Counted from the first letter of the stretch, positions 8,743 to 17,795 are shown. The stretch: 36,968 nt of DNA from Lentisphaeria bacterium (GCA_041690595.1 JAWLHB010000029.1:62001-98968), one strand, 5' to 3'. The notes: a model not told the origin generated them from the sequence alone. Program-made: numbers and translations.

Positions 8743-10203
8743 ATGATACTCGTCTCAACCCGTTTTCTGGCGACAGTCGCCGTCGCGCTCTCGGCGCTGG
8801 CACTTCATGCCGAGCTGCAGATACCGGATGCCGGCGCCGCCGAAGCGCCCAACGCAGCCATCGCTATCCCCAAGCCCGCGGACTCTCCCGCAGAGACTCC
8901 GCGGAACCCGTTCGGGGAGGTGCTCATCTTCAAGAATGGGGATCGCCTGCACGGGCGCCTCGTCGGGCTCGACGATCAGCGCGTCCTCACCTGGCAGCAT
9001 CGCGACGTAACCGCCCCGCTCGCCTTCTCAACCGAGAATCTCTTCGCCATGCGACTCGACATCGGGCCCGAGCAGGAGTGGCTCAAGAAGCACACGCGCG
9101 TACAACTGACCAACGGCGACATGCTCCTCGGCACGATCGACGAACTGACTGGCGACAAGCTGGTGATCGACACGCCTTACGGGGGCCGGATCACCGTCAA
9201 GCGCTCCATGATCAACAGCATCCAGCCGGTGACGGAAGGGCAGAAGAAGCTCATCTACGAAGGGCCCAACGACCTCTCCGAATGGACCATCAGCGGCGGT
9301 GAGTGGCAGTTGCGCGGGGACAGCCTCAGCGGCTTCGGCCGGATCGGGGCCAATGTGCAGTTGCCCGATGCCGCCCGCCTGCGCTTCGAAGTGCAATGGC
9401 CGACGCGCTTCACCAGCTTCGCGGTCGCCCTCTACACGCCAGACCTGAAGAATCTCTACAACGACGCCTATCACATGACCTTCAGCGGCAATAGCGTGAC
9501 ACTTCATCGCCGGGCGCGGGACCAGGGCACGCTCAACCTGGGGCAGGTGGAGATGCCCCATCTGCTGGGCAGTCGCAAAGCTCGCCTGGAGCTGCTCATC
9601 AACAAGGAAACGCGCAGTTTTGCCCTGCTCTTCGACGATGCTCTCATCAAGGAATGGACGGATCCCCAGGGCTTTGCCGGCAAGGGGGGCGGGATCGTCT
9701 TCAACTCACATGACCGCACCTCACCCATCGTCATCTCCAACATCGTCGTCTCGGACTGGGATGGGAAGCTGAGCAGCATCGGCAGCCCGGATGTGAGGGA
9801 GAACGACGTACTGCAACTGGCGAACTTCGACCGGGTCACCGGCAATGTCGAGTCGATCCAGCAGGACGAGGTCGCCTTTCGCACGCCGTACGCCACGATG
9901 AACGTTCCTCTCGGGCGTATTTCGACGCTCACCTTCGCCCACGCAAGCTCGCAGCGCGCCAGGCGCAACCAGGGTGATGTGGAACTCTACTTCGATGACG
10001 GCGAGCACGTGACGCTGCAGCTGCACAAGGTGGACGGCGAGCAGGTTACCGGCTACAGTGAGAACATCGGCACCGTCACCTTCGACCTCGATGTCTTCAC
10101 CGCAATACGATTCAACATCTATGACGACGATCTTGGGCCGGAAGCACCGGATCTGGAGGGGAATGGCGAGATGACTCACGGCTTCATGGATCTGCAATGG
10201 TAA
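8743..10203 (+). CDS. Exported hypothetical protein with repeated small beta domains around a lectin-like core
   Basis: Signal peptide, Pro/Ala linker, motifs NGDRLHG, NGDMLLG, NFDRVTG and DGEHVT; central beta-rich region from GPNDLSEW. GGAGG RBS. Confidence 0.6.
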   Translation: MILVSTRFLATVAVALSALALHAELQIPDAGAAEAPNAAIAIPKPADSPAETPRNPFGEVLIFKNGDRLHGRLVGLDDQRVLTWQHRDVTAPLAFSTENLFAMRLDIGPEQEWLKKHTRVQLTNGDMLLGTIDELTGDKLVIDTPYGGRITVKRSMINSIQPVTEGQKKLIYEGPNDLSEWTISGGEWQLRGDSLSGFGRIGANVQLPDAARLRFEVQWPTRFTSFAVALYTPDLKNLYNDAYHMTFSGNSVTLHRRARDQGTLNLGQVEMPHLLGSRKARLELLINKETRSFALLFDDALIKEWTDPQGFAGKGGGIVFNSHDRTSPIVISNIVVSDWDGKLSSIGSPDVRENDVLQLANFDRVTGNVESIQQDEVAFRTPYATMNVPLGRISTLTFAHASSQRARRNQGDVELYFDDGEHVTLQLHKVDGEQVTGYSENIGTVTFDLDVFTAIRFNIYDDDLGPEAPDLEGNGEMTHGFMDLQW

Positions 10204-12104
10204 GGGGCGCCTTCTCCATCATCGCCGGAATCTGCCTGATCGTCGGGCATGTTTCGGGCGCGCCGCCGGACGACGTCACGGCGGAGCGGCAACTCGAGGT
10301 CGGTTACTATCACCTCGGGCCGAATGATCTTGGGGCTGCCATGCGACGGCCCAGTTTCGTGCAACGCCTGTCAGCCCGCCCGGGTCTGGCCGCGGCGGAG
10401 GTCAGGCTTCGCCCACAATCTTCATGGCGAGCCGTTCCGGAAGATCCATCAGGATGGCTGGCGCTGATCTCGGTGGTCTTCGCTCAACGTCAGAACTGGC
10501 TGGCCCTTCAGTTCGCGGGGGAGGAGGGCACCGTCTCCCTCGCCGCGTGGCGGCCGGCCATCGCCATGCAGAACACCCAGAAGTACCAGTATCTCAACAG
10601 CATCCCGCCTGGGCCGGACCAGATCTCGGATCTGGCGATGATCGAGCTGGCCGCCGCTGTCGGGCAGGTCATCGAGCATCCTCGTGCCGCGAACGGCCCC
10701 ATCGTCGGCATCGTCGTGGAGCCGTGGACGGATGTTCCCGAGGCGGCGGCGCTTGGCGATCTGCTCGGGGAAGGGGGCGATCAGAGTGTCCCGGCGAGCC
10801 GGCCCGCCGACGGCGAAGCGCTCGAAGGCATTCGCGCGTTGGCTCTGGCTGCCGCCTGGGAGTTGGGCTTGCGGCCGAAGCTGGGCGAGGCCCCCAGTCA
10901 GCTCATCCTGCGCGTCTCCCGGGGCGTTCAGGGCTATGGCCTGCAGGTGACCTGGCGCCATGACGGCGGCGAGAGCACCGTGTCCCGGCAACAGATTCCG
11001 GAGACGATCTTCTATCCCGGGTTGCGGGCCATGCTCAAGTGGGCAATGCACTGGGGCGATGGGGTTCAGGATTTCGTGCAGCCCGAAGCGGAAGGTTTCC
11101 TGCCGCTGCTCTGCGATGGCAAGCGGCTGGCTTATCAACTGCTATCCCATACGGATAAGCATACCCTGAAGGCCATCTCCGTCGGCAACCTGCTGACTGC
11201 CTGGGTGATTCCGCAACCGGAGCGCGCCCCACCCGACTTTGCCGCCGGTACACTGCCCGACGGCACCCGGACTCTCGTCTCGATTCAGCCGGCCCTGCAG
11301 ACGGTCGACCCGCAGAGCGGCAAGGAGTTTCCAGCCCGCATGGGCAAGACCGAGATGCGCTGGGGCTTTGCCCTTCTCAGCGCCGAGGAAGCGCTGACCA
11401 TCCATGAGCGCCTGCTGCGCCGCATCACCGCGGGCAAGGAGCTGTGGAGCTTCCGCGCGCCACTCGCCATCCGCTGCGGCCCGGCGCCGGCCGGCGAGCT
11501 CGTCCTGATCGGCAGCGATGACGGCTCCCTGTTCGGCATCTCCCTGGCGAGCGGCGGGGAGCAGTGGCGACGGCAACTCAAGGGCACGCCCCACGGCCCC
11601 CTGATCACAGCCGGAGAGCTGGTCCTGGTCACCAGTCGCCCCGGCAAGCTCTCCGCCATCCGCATTGCCGATGGCACCATCGTCTGGGAGCGTGAACTTG
11701 GGGATACGGTTACGGCTCCGCCCGTGGTGGCGGGCAACCACGTGAGCGTCGGCTGGGGCAACGGCCATCTGGCTTCCTTCAGCCTGAGCGATGGCGCACA
11801 AGTGGCGGAAGCCAGGCACCCCTTCCTGCTGCGCACCCTCACCCCGGTCAGCCGCCAGGGGGAGACCCTGCTGGCGGGGGTCGAGATGGGCGGCACCGTC
11901 GCCTTCTATTCGCTTCCCGAGTTGCAACTGATGCGCACGGTTCCTCTGGACATACGTCCAGTTGGCGCCCCGCTTTTTGTGGCGGAAGCACCTGTGCGCT
12001 GGGGCTCGGGCGATCCGCTCATCGACCTCGCCCCCCAGTTGCTGGTGCCCGACCATGACGGGATCCTCTACATTTTGCCCATCCCCAAGGCCGGCGGAGA
12101 TTGA
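10197..12104 (+). CDS. Exported protein with C-terminal PQQ-like (BamB-type) beta-propeller
   Basis: Signal peptide; repeats GKELWSF, GSDDGSLFGISLASGGEQW, AIRIADGTIVWE. Confidence 0.75.
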   Translation: MVRGAFSIIAGICLIVGHVSGAPPDDVTAERQLEVGYYHLGPNDLGAAMRRPSFVQRLSARPGLAAAEVRLRPQSSWRAVPEDPSGWLALISVVFAQRQNWLALQFAGEEGTVSLAAWRPAIAMQNTQKYQYLNSIPPGPDQISDLAMIELAAAVGQVIEHPRAANGPIVGIVVEPWTDVPEAAALGDLLGEGGDQSVPASRPADGEALEGIRALALAAAWELGLRPKLGEAPSQLILRVSRGVQGYGLQVTWRHDGGESTVSRQQIPETIFYPGLRAMLKWAMHWGDGVQDFVQPEAEGFLPLLCDGKRLAYQLLSHTDKHTLKAISVGNLLTAWVIPQPERAPPDFAAGTLPDGTRTLVSIQPALQTVDPQSGKEFPARMGKTEMRWGFALLSAEEALTIHERLLRRITAGKELWSFRAPLAIRCGPAPAGELVLIGSDDGSLFGISLASGGEQWRRQLKGTPHGPLITAGELVLVTSRPGKLSAIRIADGTIVWERELGDTVTAPPVVAGNHVSVGWGNGHLASFSLSDGAQVAEARHPFLLRTLTPVSRQGETLLAGVEMGGTVAFYSLPELQLMRTVPLDIRPVGAPLFVAEAPVRWGSGDPLIDLAPQLLVPDHDGILYILPIPKAGGD

Positions 12105-12109
12105 CGACC

Positions 12110-15100
12110 ATGCGCTACCCTCTTTCACTCTTGCTTGCCCTCATGGCATGCCTGCTCCACGCCCAGGATCTGGATGTATTCGGCGGAGGCGGTGACCTGG
12201 ATGAATTTCAGCTCGATGAGGAGCCCGTCCAGGATTTCGAGCTGCTCCGGATGAGCCATTTCAGCGAGCTTGCCCGCTGGCCCCATACCGCGGTGGTCCA
12301 CAAGAGCTGGCGCAAGGAAGGCCAGGAGTTTCATTGGGAGCAGGTGTTTGTGCCAAGCCAGGGTGAGCGACTCTTCGTCGCGCCCATGAGCGAGCACCCG
12401 CTCGTCAACAAGATGGAGGTGCCGGAGGCAGGCTCCTACCGCATCTGGCTGAGCTACATGGCCGAAACCAAGAAGGCGCACCCTGCCACCCTCACGCTGA
12501 CAGGTGCCAACCAGGCGAGCCATACCTTCGGCGCGACCCAGTTGCCCAATGAACCGGCCGCCACCATCACGCGGCAGCTTCCCCTGCGCTTCGATTCCGA
12601 GATCGGCAAGATGGCCGCCCAGATCAAGCCGGTCCCCGTCTGGGAATACTGGGATCTGGAGTTGAAGCCCGGCACGACCACCCTCACCATCTCCTCCGAC
12701 GATCGGGAGGCGCGCCTCGACGCGCTCTTCATTACGCGCAGCAAGAGCTTTGTGCCCAGCAAGTCTCCCGTCGAGAACGAATCGAATCTCAACCATGCGT
12801 GGTACCGCTACCGCTACATCGATCCACCCGGCGAGCAGGTGACGCAGGTGCGATTCAGCAGCTTCGTGCGCTACGTCTGGGCTCACTACAAGCCCGGCAG
12901 CACCCAGCAGCTCTGGTACTCTTCCATGGGCAAGATACTCAACGAAGCGGGCGGACACGACGTGCCTGTGGCCGAGTGGAGCGGCTGGGTTGAAGTCTCC
13001 CAGCAGGTAACCAGCGGCGGCAAGTACATGACCGATACGCTGACGGTGACGGATCCAGCCGGCAACGAGATACCGACAGGGACGGTCGAGGTCCAGTTCG
13101 CCTGGTTTCCCCATGAAGGCGGCATCCTCAAGACGATCGCCAATCCCCTTCACGAGGCCAAGACGGTCTATCTGGTGCCGGTGGCCCTTCCCTCCGGTTA
13201 CGCCTCGGCGGTCAGCGAAGCCGACGCGGAGGCTGGCGTCTGGGGTGCGCGCGATGCCGACTACGTCGGTCGCTTCCTCACGGAGCGTGGGGCGGTGGAG
13301 CGGCTCATGGTCGATCTCGAGCGCGAAGTGGACTTCGGGGAAGAGGGCAGCGTTCTGCCGTCGCGCCTCCGCCTCTTCACCACCTGCCGCACCTCACCTT
13401 CGGCCTACGACATTGCCATTCCGCTCCTCAAGCGGCTCGGCATCAACTGGGTTCCCCACCTCTCCCTGGCCGACAAGCAGCGCTTCGGCCTCCACCTCGA
13501 GGATAGCATCTACGAGCAATCCGGCACCATAGCCGCCTACAGCCATGATCCCCTCGATCCTCACTACGACGACGCGCTGCTCGACAAGCGCTATGGTACG
13601 GAAGCGCTCGCCAACAAGATCGCCGCGGATCCCGACTACCTGCAGCGCCCCCACTGGCTGAAGATGGGGGACGAGATCGGCAAAGTGACCTCGCCCACGC
13701 ACATCAACGGACTGCCGGACTGCCGCCGTGCCTGGCTCGACTACATCCGCGCCGCCGCGGAAGCCGCCGGCAGCGACGCCTCATACTTCGGCGCCGCCAC
13801 CTTCGAGGATCTCTGGTACGATATCGAGACTGGGGCCGAGATGACGCTGCCCGAGCGTCGGCTTTACTACCACAACATGCGCTTCATCTGGTGGCTCACC
13901 GCGGAATTCTACAAGCGCCATTCCGACACCGCGCGCACCTTCATGCCCAACCTCATCACCCGCTGCAACTACACGCCGGGCGGGCCGATGTTCGCGGGGA
14001 CCATGGACTACTCCAACTGGTTCGCCCTGCCCCGCTACCAGGCTTCCACGGGCCATTCCAGTGAAGACTGGCTCTCCGCCGGCAGCGGCTATACCAGTCA
14101 AGCCGGCGTCCAGACCGAAAGCTATTATGCCGCGCTGGTTGCCTGCGGCGCGCGCAAGTACAACCAGCCCATGGACTTCATCATGGTTGGCCGTTCCGGC
14201 GCACTCGACCGCAAGCTGCCGATTCTTGTGGGTGGCGGGATCTATCAGGTCTATGTGTACGACTGGGGTCCCGAGTATACGCGCGGGGCCGTCGATACGT
14301 GGAGCCACGTCTTCCGGGTCTATGCCGAATTGAATCGGGGCGCCAGGGCCGTCGGCCCGGCCGAAGATCTTCTCCTTGACGGCACCCCCGATCCCGCTCG
14401 CATCGCCATCCTCTACAACCGGACGCACGAGATCTGGCACGCCGGCAACTACGGCGTCTTCAGCGACCGCCTCTACACCTGGCTGGCGCTGCGCCACAGC
14501 CACTTCCCCGTCGACATCATCCTCGAAGAAGACATCACCCCGGAGCTGATGGCACAGTACCGTGTCCTCTACGCGAGCGGCTTCAACATCGAACGCCGCT
14601 GCATCGAGCCGCTCCGCGCCTGGGTTGAAGGTGGCGGCACCCTCGTCGCCGCCACCGGCTTTGCCATGCACGACGAGTATGGCGAGCCCATGCCCGAGGC
14701 GGCCGATCTTCTTGGCGCCACCCAACGCTTCGCCGGCGTCTCGGAGGGCGAACGCTGGATGCCCTTCTACATCTCCGGCCACGAACCCTTCGACACCATC
14801 ACCGTCCAGGCTTCTGCGCTCACCGAAGCGGTCGAGGCCGCTGTCGTGGGCCTCCAGAGTGTCCTCACGCCGACCACGGGAAACCCCATCGCCACCTATG
14901 CCGACGGCGGAGTTGCGGCGGTGCATCGCCCGCTGGGCCAGGGGCAGGTCCTCACCTATGGCATCATGCCGGGCCTCCTCTATGCCAACAATGCCCCCCG
15001 TGACGATGAGGGCCGCCCCACCACCTACACCCTCGACCGCCGCCAGCTCGTCGCCTTGCCCGCGATGCGCACCCTGCCTATCCCGGACGCCACCTACACC

Positions 15101-15331
15101 GAACCCCTCTCCGAGATCTACCTTCGCCGCCACGATGATGGGCTTGCGGTCATCCTTGTCGACTTTTCCTACGCTCCCGGGCGTCCCGCCACCCTCTCCG
15201 TCAAGACCGACCGACAGGTCACGGCTGTCGCCGGCACCTTGAGCGGCGAGCTGACCTGGCGCCGCAATGGCGACCGCATCGACATTGACTTGCCCGTTCC
15301 CGATCCCAGCGACGTCATCGTCATTCGATGA
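12110..15331 (+). CDS. Large exported putative glycoside hydrolase (GH-A TIM barrel plus beta-galactosidase trimerisation-like domain)
   Basis: Signal peptide MRYPLSLLLALMACLLHA, acidic linker, CBM-like GSYRIWLSY...RLDALFIT, KMGDEIG and SSEDW as candidate catalytic Glu motifs, ARIAILYNR...LRAWVEGGGTLV. TTG at 12101 is an alternative start. Confidence 0.65.
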   Translation: MRYPLSLLLALMACLLHAQDLDVFGGGGDLDEFQLDEEPVQDFELLRMSHFSELARWPHTAVVHKSWRKEGQEFHWEQVFVPSQGERLFVAPMSEHPLVNKMEVPEAGSYRIWLSYMAETKKAHPATLTLTGANQASHTFGATQLPNEPAATITRQLPLRFDSEIGKMAAQIKPVPVWEYWDLELKPGTTTLTISSDDREARLDALFITRSKSFVPSKSPVENESNLNHAWYRYRYIDPPGEQVTQVRFSSFVRYVWAHYKPGSTQQLWYSSMGKILNEAGGHDVPVAEWSGWVEVSQQVTSGGKYMTDTLTVTDPAGNEIPTGTVEVQFAWFPHEGGILKTIANPLHEAKTVYLVPVALPSGYASAVSEADAEAGVWGARDADYVGRFLTERGAVERLMVDLEREVDFGEEGSVLPSRLRLFTTCRTSPSAYDIAIPLLKRLGINWVPHLSLADKQRFGLHLEDSIYEQSGTIAAYSHDPLDPHYDDALLDKRYGTEALANKIAADPDYLQRPHWLKMGDEIGKVTSPTHINGLPDCRRAWLDYIRAAAEAAGSDASYFGAATFEDLWYDIETGAEMTLPERRLYYHNMRFIWWLTAEFYKRHSDTARTFMPNLITRCNYTPGGPMFAGTMDYSNWFALPRYQASTGHSSEDWLSAGSGYTSQAGVQTESYYAALVACGARKYNQPMDFIMVGRSGALDRKLPILVGGGIYQVYVYDWGPEYTRGAVDTWSHVFRVYAELNRGARAVGPAEDLLLDGTPDPARIAILYNRTHEIWHAGNYGVFSDRLYTWLALRHSHFPVDIILEEDITPELMAQYRVLYASGFNIERRCIEPLRAWVEGGGTLVAATGFAMHDEYGEPMPEAADLLGATQRFAGVSEGERWMPFYISGHEPFDTITVQASALTEAVEAAVVGLQSVLTPTTGNPIATYADGGVAAVHRPLGQGQVLTYGIMPGLLYANNAPRDDEGRPTTYTLDRRQLVALPAMRTLPIPDATYTEPLSEIYLRRHDDGLAVILVDFSYAPGRPATLSVKTDRQVTAVAGTLSGELTWRRNGDRIDIDLPVPDPSDVIVIR

Positions 15332-15381
15332 GGTTCCAGCAGGGAAAGGGGGCCGGGCGAGGAACGGAAAGGATGGGAAGA

Positions 15382-15409
15382 ATGACGGGGACCTTATTGA
15401 CCGCATTGA
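15382..15409 (+). repeat. 28-bp direct repeat, copy 1 (pairs with 17040-17067)
   Basis: atgacggggaccttattgaccgcattga versus atgacggggaccttattggccgcattga: one mismatch. Confidence 0.9.
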
Positions 15410-15455
15410 CCGCATTGGCGGATGGCGAGGGCCACACAGGCGAGGGGTGGTCCCA

Positions 15456-15632
15456 GGAAGGGGGCAGCAAGGCTCTGGGAGAGCCTCTCGCGTATGGGCC
15501 GTTGCTCGGCTTGTTGTCGACTGCCTCGGCGCTATGGTTAGTATGTTTCCAGGTTTTGTTTCCCATAACCATCTCATAATCTCTCGGGTGGCGGGGAGTG
15601 ACCGTTTCTCACAGCCTTGCTGCCCACCTTCC
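15456..15632. mobile_element. 177-bp element bounded by inverted repeats (MITE-like or invertible segment)
   Basis: Left end ggaagg-gggcagcaaggct and reverse complement of right end ggaaggtgggcagcaaggct match 19/20 and continue imperfectly to about 28 bp. No target-site duplication seen. Confidence 0.55.
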
Positions 15633-15679
15633 GCACTGGTAGGACGAGCAACTGAAAGAACCGTAGGGGGGAAGAGCGA

Positions 15680-16747
15680 ATGGACACGAACGAACGCGAA
15701 TCGAACGGTATGGAAGGCCGGGACCGTCGAAAACCTCGCATGCAGGTAGTTCGAAGCGCCGCTGCGGAGTACCTCACCTATATCACGGCCACGGGGGAAG
15801 GCGGCGTCGAAGCGATCTACGAGGATCAGGACGTCTGGCTGAGCCAGAAGATGATGGCGGCGCTCTACGACGTTGATGTGCGGACGGTAAACTACCATCT
15901 CAAGAAGTGCTTTGCGGACAGTGAGTTACAGGAGGATTCAGTTATCCGGGATTTTCGGATAACTGCCGCTGACGGGAAGGGCTACAACACCAAGCACTAC
16001 AATCTGTCTGCCATCATTGCCGTGGGCTACAAGGTCAATTCCGAGCGGGCGGTGCAGTTCCGCAAATGGGCGACCGCGATCATCCGGGAGTTCACCATCA
16101 AGGGCTACACGATGGATGACGAGCGGCTGAAAAACGACGGGTCCGTCCTCTCCCGGCAGTATTTCGAAGAGCAACTGCAGCGTATCCGGGAGATTCGCCT
16201 CAGCGAGCGTAAATTTTACCAGAAGATCACGGATATCTATGCGACCGCCATTGACTATGACGTGACGGCACAGGCGACGAAGCGCTTTTTTGCCACGGTG
16301 CAGAACAAGCTGCACTGGGCCATCCACGGCCAGACGGCGGCAGAGGTAATTTACGGCCGCGCAAACGCCAACAAGGAGAACATGGGGCTGACGACCTGGA
16401 AGGATGGGCCGAAGGGGAAGATTCAGAAATTCGACGTGACGGTGGCGAAGAACTACCTGACCGGGGATGAAATGGAGCAGTTGCAGCGGCTGGTCTCGGC
16501 CTACCTGGACGTGGCGGAGGACATGGCGAGGCGACATATCCCGATGACCATGAAAGATTGGGAAAGCCGTTTGAACCGTTTCATCGAGGTGACGGACCGG
16601 GCCGTGCTGCAGGACGCGGGGAAAGTCACCGCGGAGATTGCCAGAGCACACGCCGAAAGCGAATTTGAGAAATTCCGGATTGTGCAGGATCGGCTGTTCG
16701 AGAGCGACTTCGACCGCGAGATCAAGCGCCTGGAGGGCAGGGACTGA
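15680..16747 (+). CDS. rhuM: Virulence RhuM-family protein
   Basis: VWLSQKMMAALYDV, HYNLSAIIAVGYKVNSERAVQFRKWAT, IREIRLSERKFYQKITDIYA, FFATVQNKLHWAIHGQTAAE, AKNYL. Confidence 0.93.
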   Translation: MDTNERESNGMEGRDRRKPRMQVVRSAAAEYLTYITATGEGGVEAIYEDQDVWLSQKMMAALYDVDVRTVNYHLKKCFADSELQEDSVIRDFRITAADGKGYNTKHYNLSAIIAVGYKVNSERAVQFRKWATAIIREFTIKGYTMDDERLKNDGSVLSRQYFEEQLQRIREIRLSERKFYQKITDIYATAIDYDVTAQATKRFFATVQNKLHWAIHGQTAAEVIYGRANANKENMGLTTWKDGPKGKIQKFDVTVAKNYLTGDEMEQLQRLVSAYLDVAEDMARRHIPMTMKDWESRLNRFIEVTDRAVLQDAGKVTAEIARAHAESEFEKFRIVQDRLFESDFDREIKRLEGRD

Positions 16748-16952
16748 TGGCGGAACGACTCGATAAACGACTGGTGCTCGACGAGTGGCTGTTCAGCCAG
16801 CTCGGCTACGGCGAGACCGCCCAGGGCATGAAGCAGGTGCAGAAGATTCTCCGCGAGGAGCCTGTGGGCTGGGACGAGCAGAACGTCTTCCACTTCCGCC
16901 CCGCCTGGAACTGTCGCTGCCCGAGCGGCGGGCCATCGATAACGACCAGCTT
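16747..16952 (+). pseudogene. Frameshifted, truncated 5' fragment resembling a type III restriction (Res/helicase) subunit
   Basis: Coupled to the rhuM stop (TGATG). MAERLDKRLVLDEWLFSQLG...GWDEQNVFHF, then after a -1 shift at 16899-16902 RLELSLPERRAIDNDQL. The resemblance to Res N-termini (LVLNQWLLSLFG...GLDENN.HHF) is from recall. Confidence 0.55.
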
Positions 16953-17024
16953 GTCAAGAAATCCTTGACGGTTCGCCAGGAGGGCCGTCGGCAAGTTCGG
17001 CGCGAGCTTGAATTCTACAATCTC
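16953..17024 (+). pseudogene. Internal fragment of a second RhuM-family gene
   Basis: VKKSLTVRQEGRRQVRRELEFYNL aligns with VIRDFRITAADGKGYNTKHYNL of the intact RhuM and matches the EGxRQVxRxxxxYNL variant of the family. Confidence 0.65.
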
Positions 17025-17039
17025 GCAAGAATGTAGAGG

Positions 17040-17067
17040 ATGACGGGGACCTTATTGGCCGCATTGA
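17040..17067 (+). repeat. 28-bp direct repeat, copy 2
   Basis: 27/28 identity to 15382-15409. Confidence 0.9.
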
Positions 17068-17189
17068 GAAGACGAGTCGGAAGGCGCGGACAGATAGGGA
17101 AAGGGTGGACGGCGCGAATGAAGGGCGCAGGCATTGGGGAGTGGCAACGCGAAGGCGGGGTCCGTCGATGGAGGGACGTAGCCGCCCTT

Positions 17190-17460
17190 CAGGCGCGTAG
17201 CGTGCCCAGGGGCGCGGGAAGGATCTGGAGATTTGGAGAGGGGCAACGTCGAACGCCGGTGCCACTCAGGCGAGTGGCGTGCCCAGGAGGCGCGGGAGGA
17301 GTGCTGAAGATTTGGGGAGGGGCAACGTCCAACGCCGGTGCCACTCAGGCGAGTGGCGTGCCCGGGGGGCGCGGGAGGGATGCTGGAGATTGGGGAGGGG
17401 CAACGTTCAACGCCGGGGACAATCGGGCGAGGGGCGGCCCCAGGCAGCGGGGCGGGGGGA
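17190..17460. repeat. Degenerate tandem repeat, 77-79-bp unit, about 3.5 copies, with internal hairpin
   Basis: Units start at 17190, 17267, 17346 and 17424 (caggcgagtggcgtgcccagg...gggcaacgtccaacgccggtgccact). Hairpin gccactc-aggc-gagtggc spans unit junctions. Confidence 0.85.
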
Positions 17461-17552
17461 GGCGCGCGCACTTTGCATGGACATCGGGGGATTGGTTGCT
17501 ACAGTAGAGGGCGAAGCATCAGCCGTGACGTCAAGCCGGGAGTTTTATCGCG

Positions 17553-17795
17553 ATGGTCAAGAGCCGCCCCATGCACCGGAAAAATGGTATTCTGCTGGGT
17601 GAGATGATGAAACAGGGGTACACGATCCAGACGCTGGCGAAGGCGATCGATGTGCACTACCTGACGGTCTGGCGCCTGGTGAATCGGGAGCACCGTCCAC
17701 ATCGGGAGACGGCCGAGAAGATTTGCGGCCTGCTGCAAAAGAGCCCGCGTGAGCTGGGCTTCGATGTCTGGGGCAAGAGCCCGGATGAGCAGTAG
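17553..17795 (+). CDS. Cro/C1-type helix-turn-helix protein
   Basis: TIQTLAKAIDVHYLTVWRLVNREHRPHRETAEKICGLL. The start could be ATG 17571. TGcTACAGT extended -10-like site at 17497-17505. Confidence 0.8.
   Translation: MVKSRPMHRKNGILLGEMMKQGYTIQTLAKAIDVHYLTVWRLVNREHRPHRETAEKICGLLQKSPRELGFDVWGKSPDEQ

Noticed and set aside
13781..15898. 705-aa minus-strand ORF and other long antisense ORFs (59-826, 1183-2181, 28208-29398, 33358-34935)
   Set aside because: They are shadows of real genes on the opposite strand, expected from high-GC codon bias, and carry no recognisable motifs.
17011..17038. aattctac...gtaga resembling a Cas12a repeat stem
   Set aside because: Single copy with the wrong loop length; the left half is explained by the EFYNL codons of the rhuM fragment.
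17190..17460. CRISPR or protein-coding interpretation of the 78-bp repeats (ORFs 17040-17507, 17052-17471)
   Set aside because: Whole units are similar with no spacers, the periods are not consistently multiples of three, and the translations are low-complexity.
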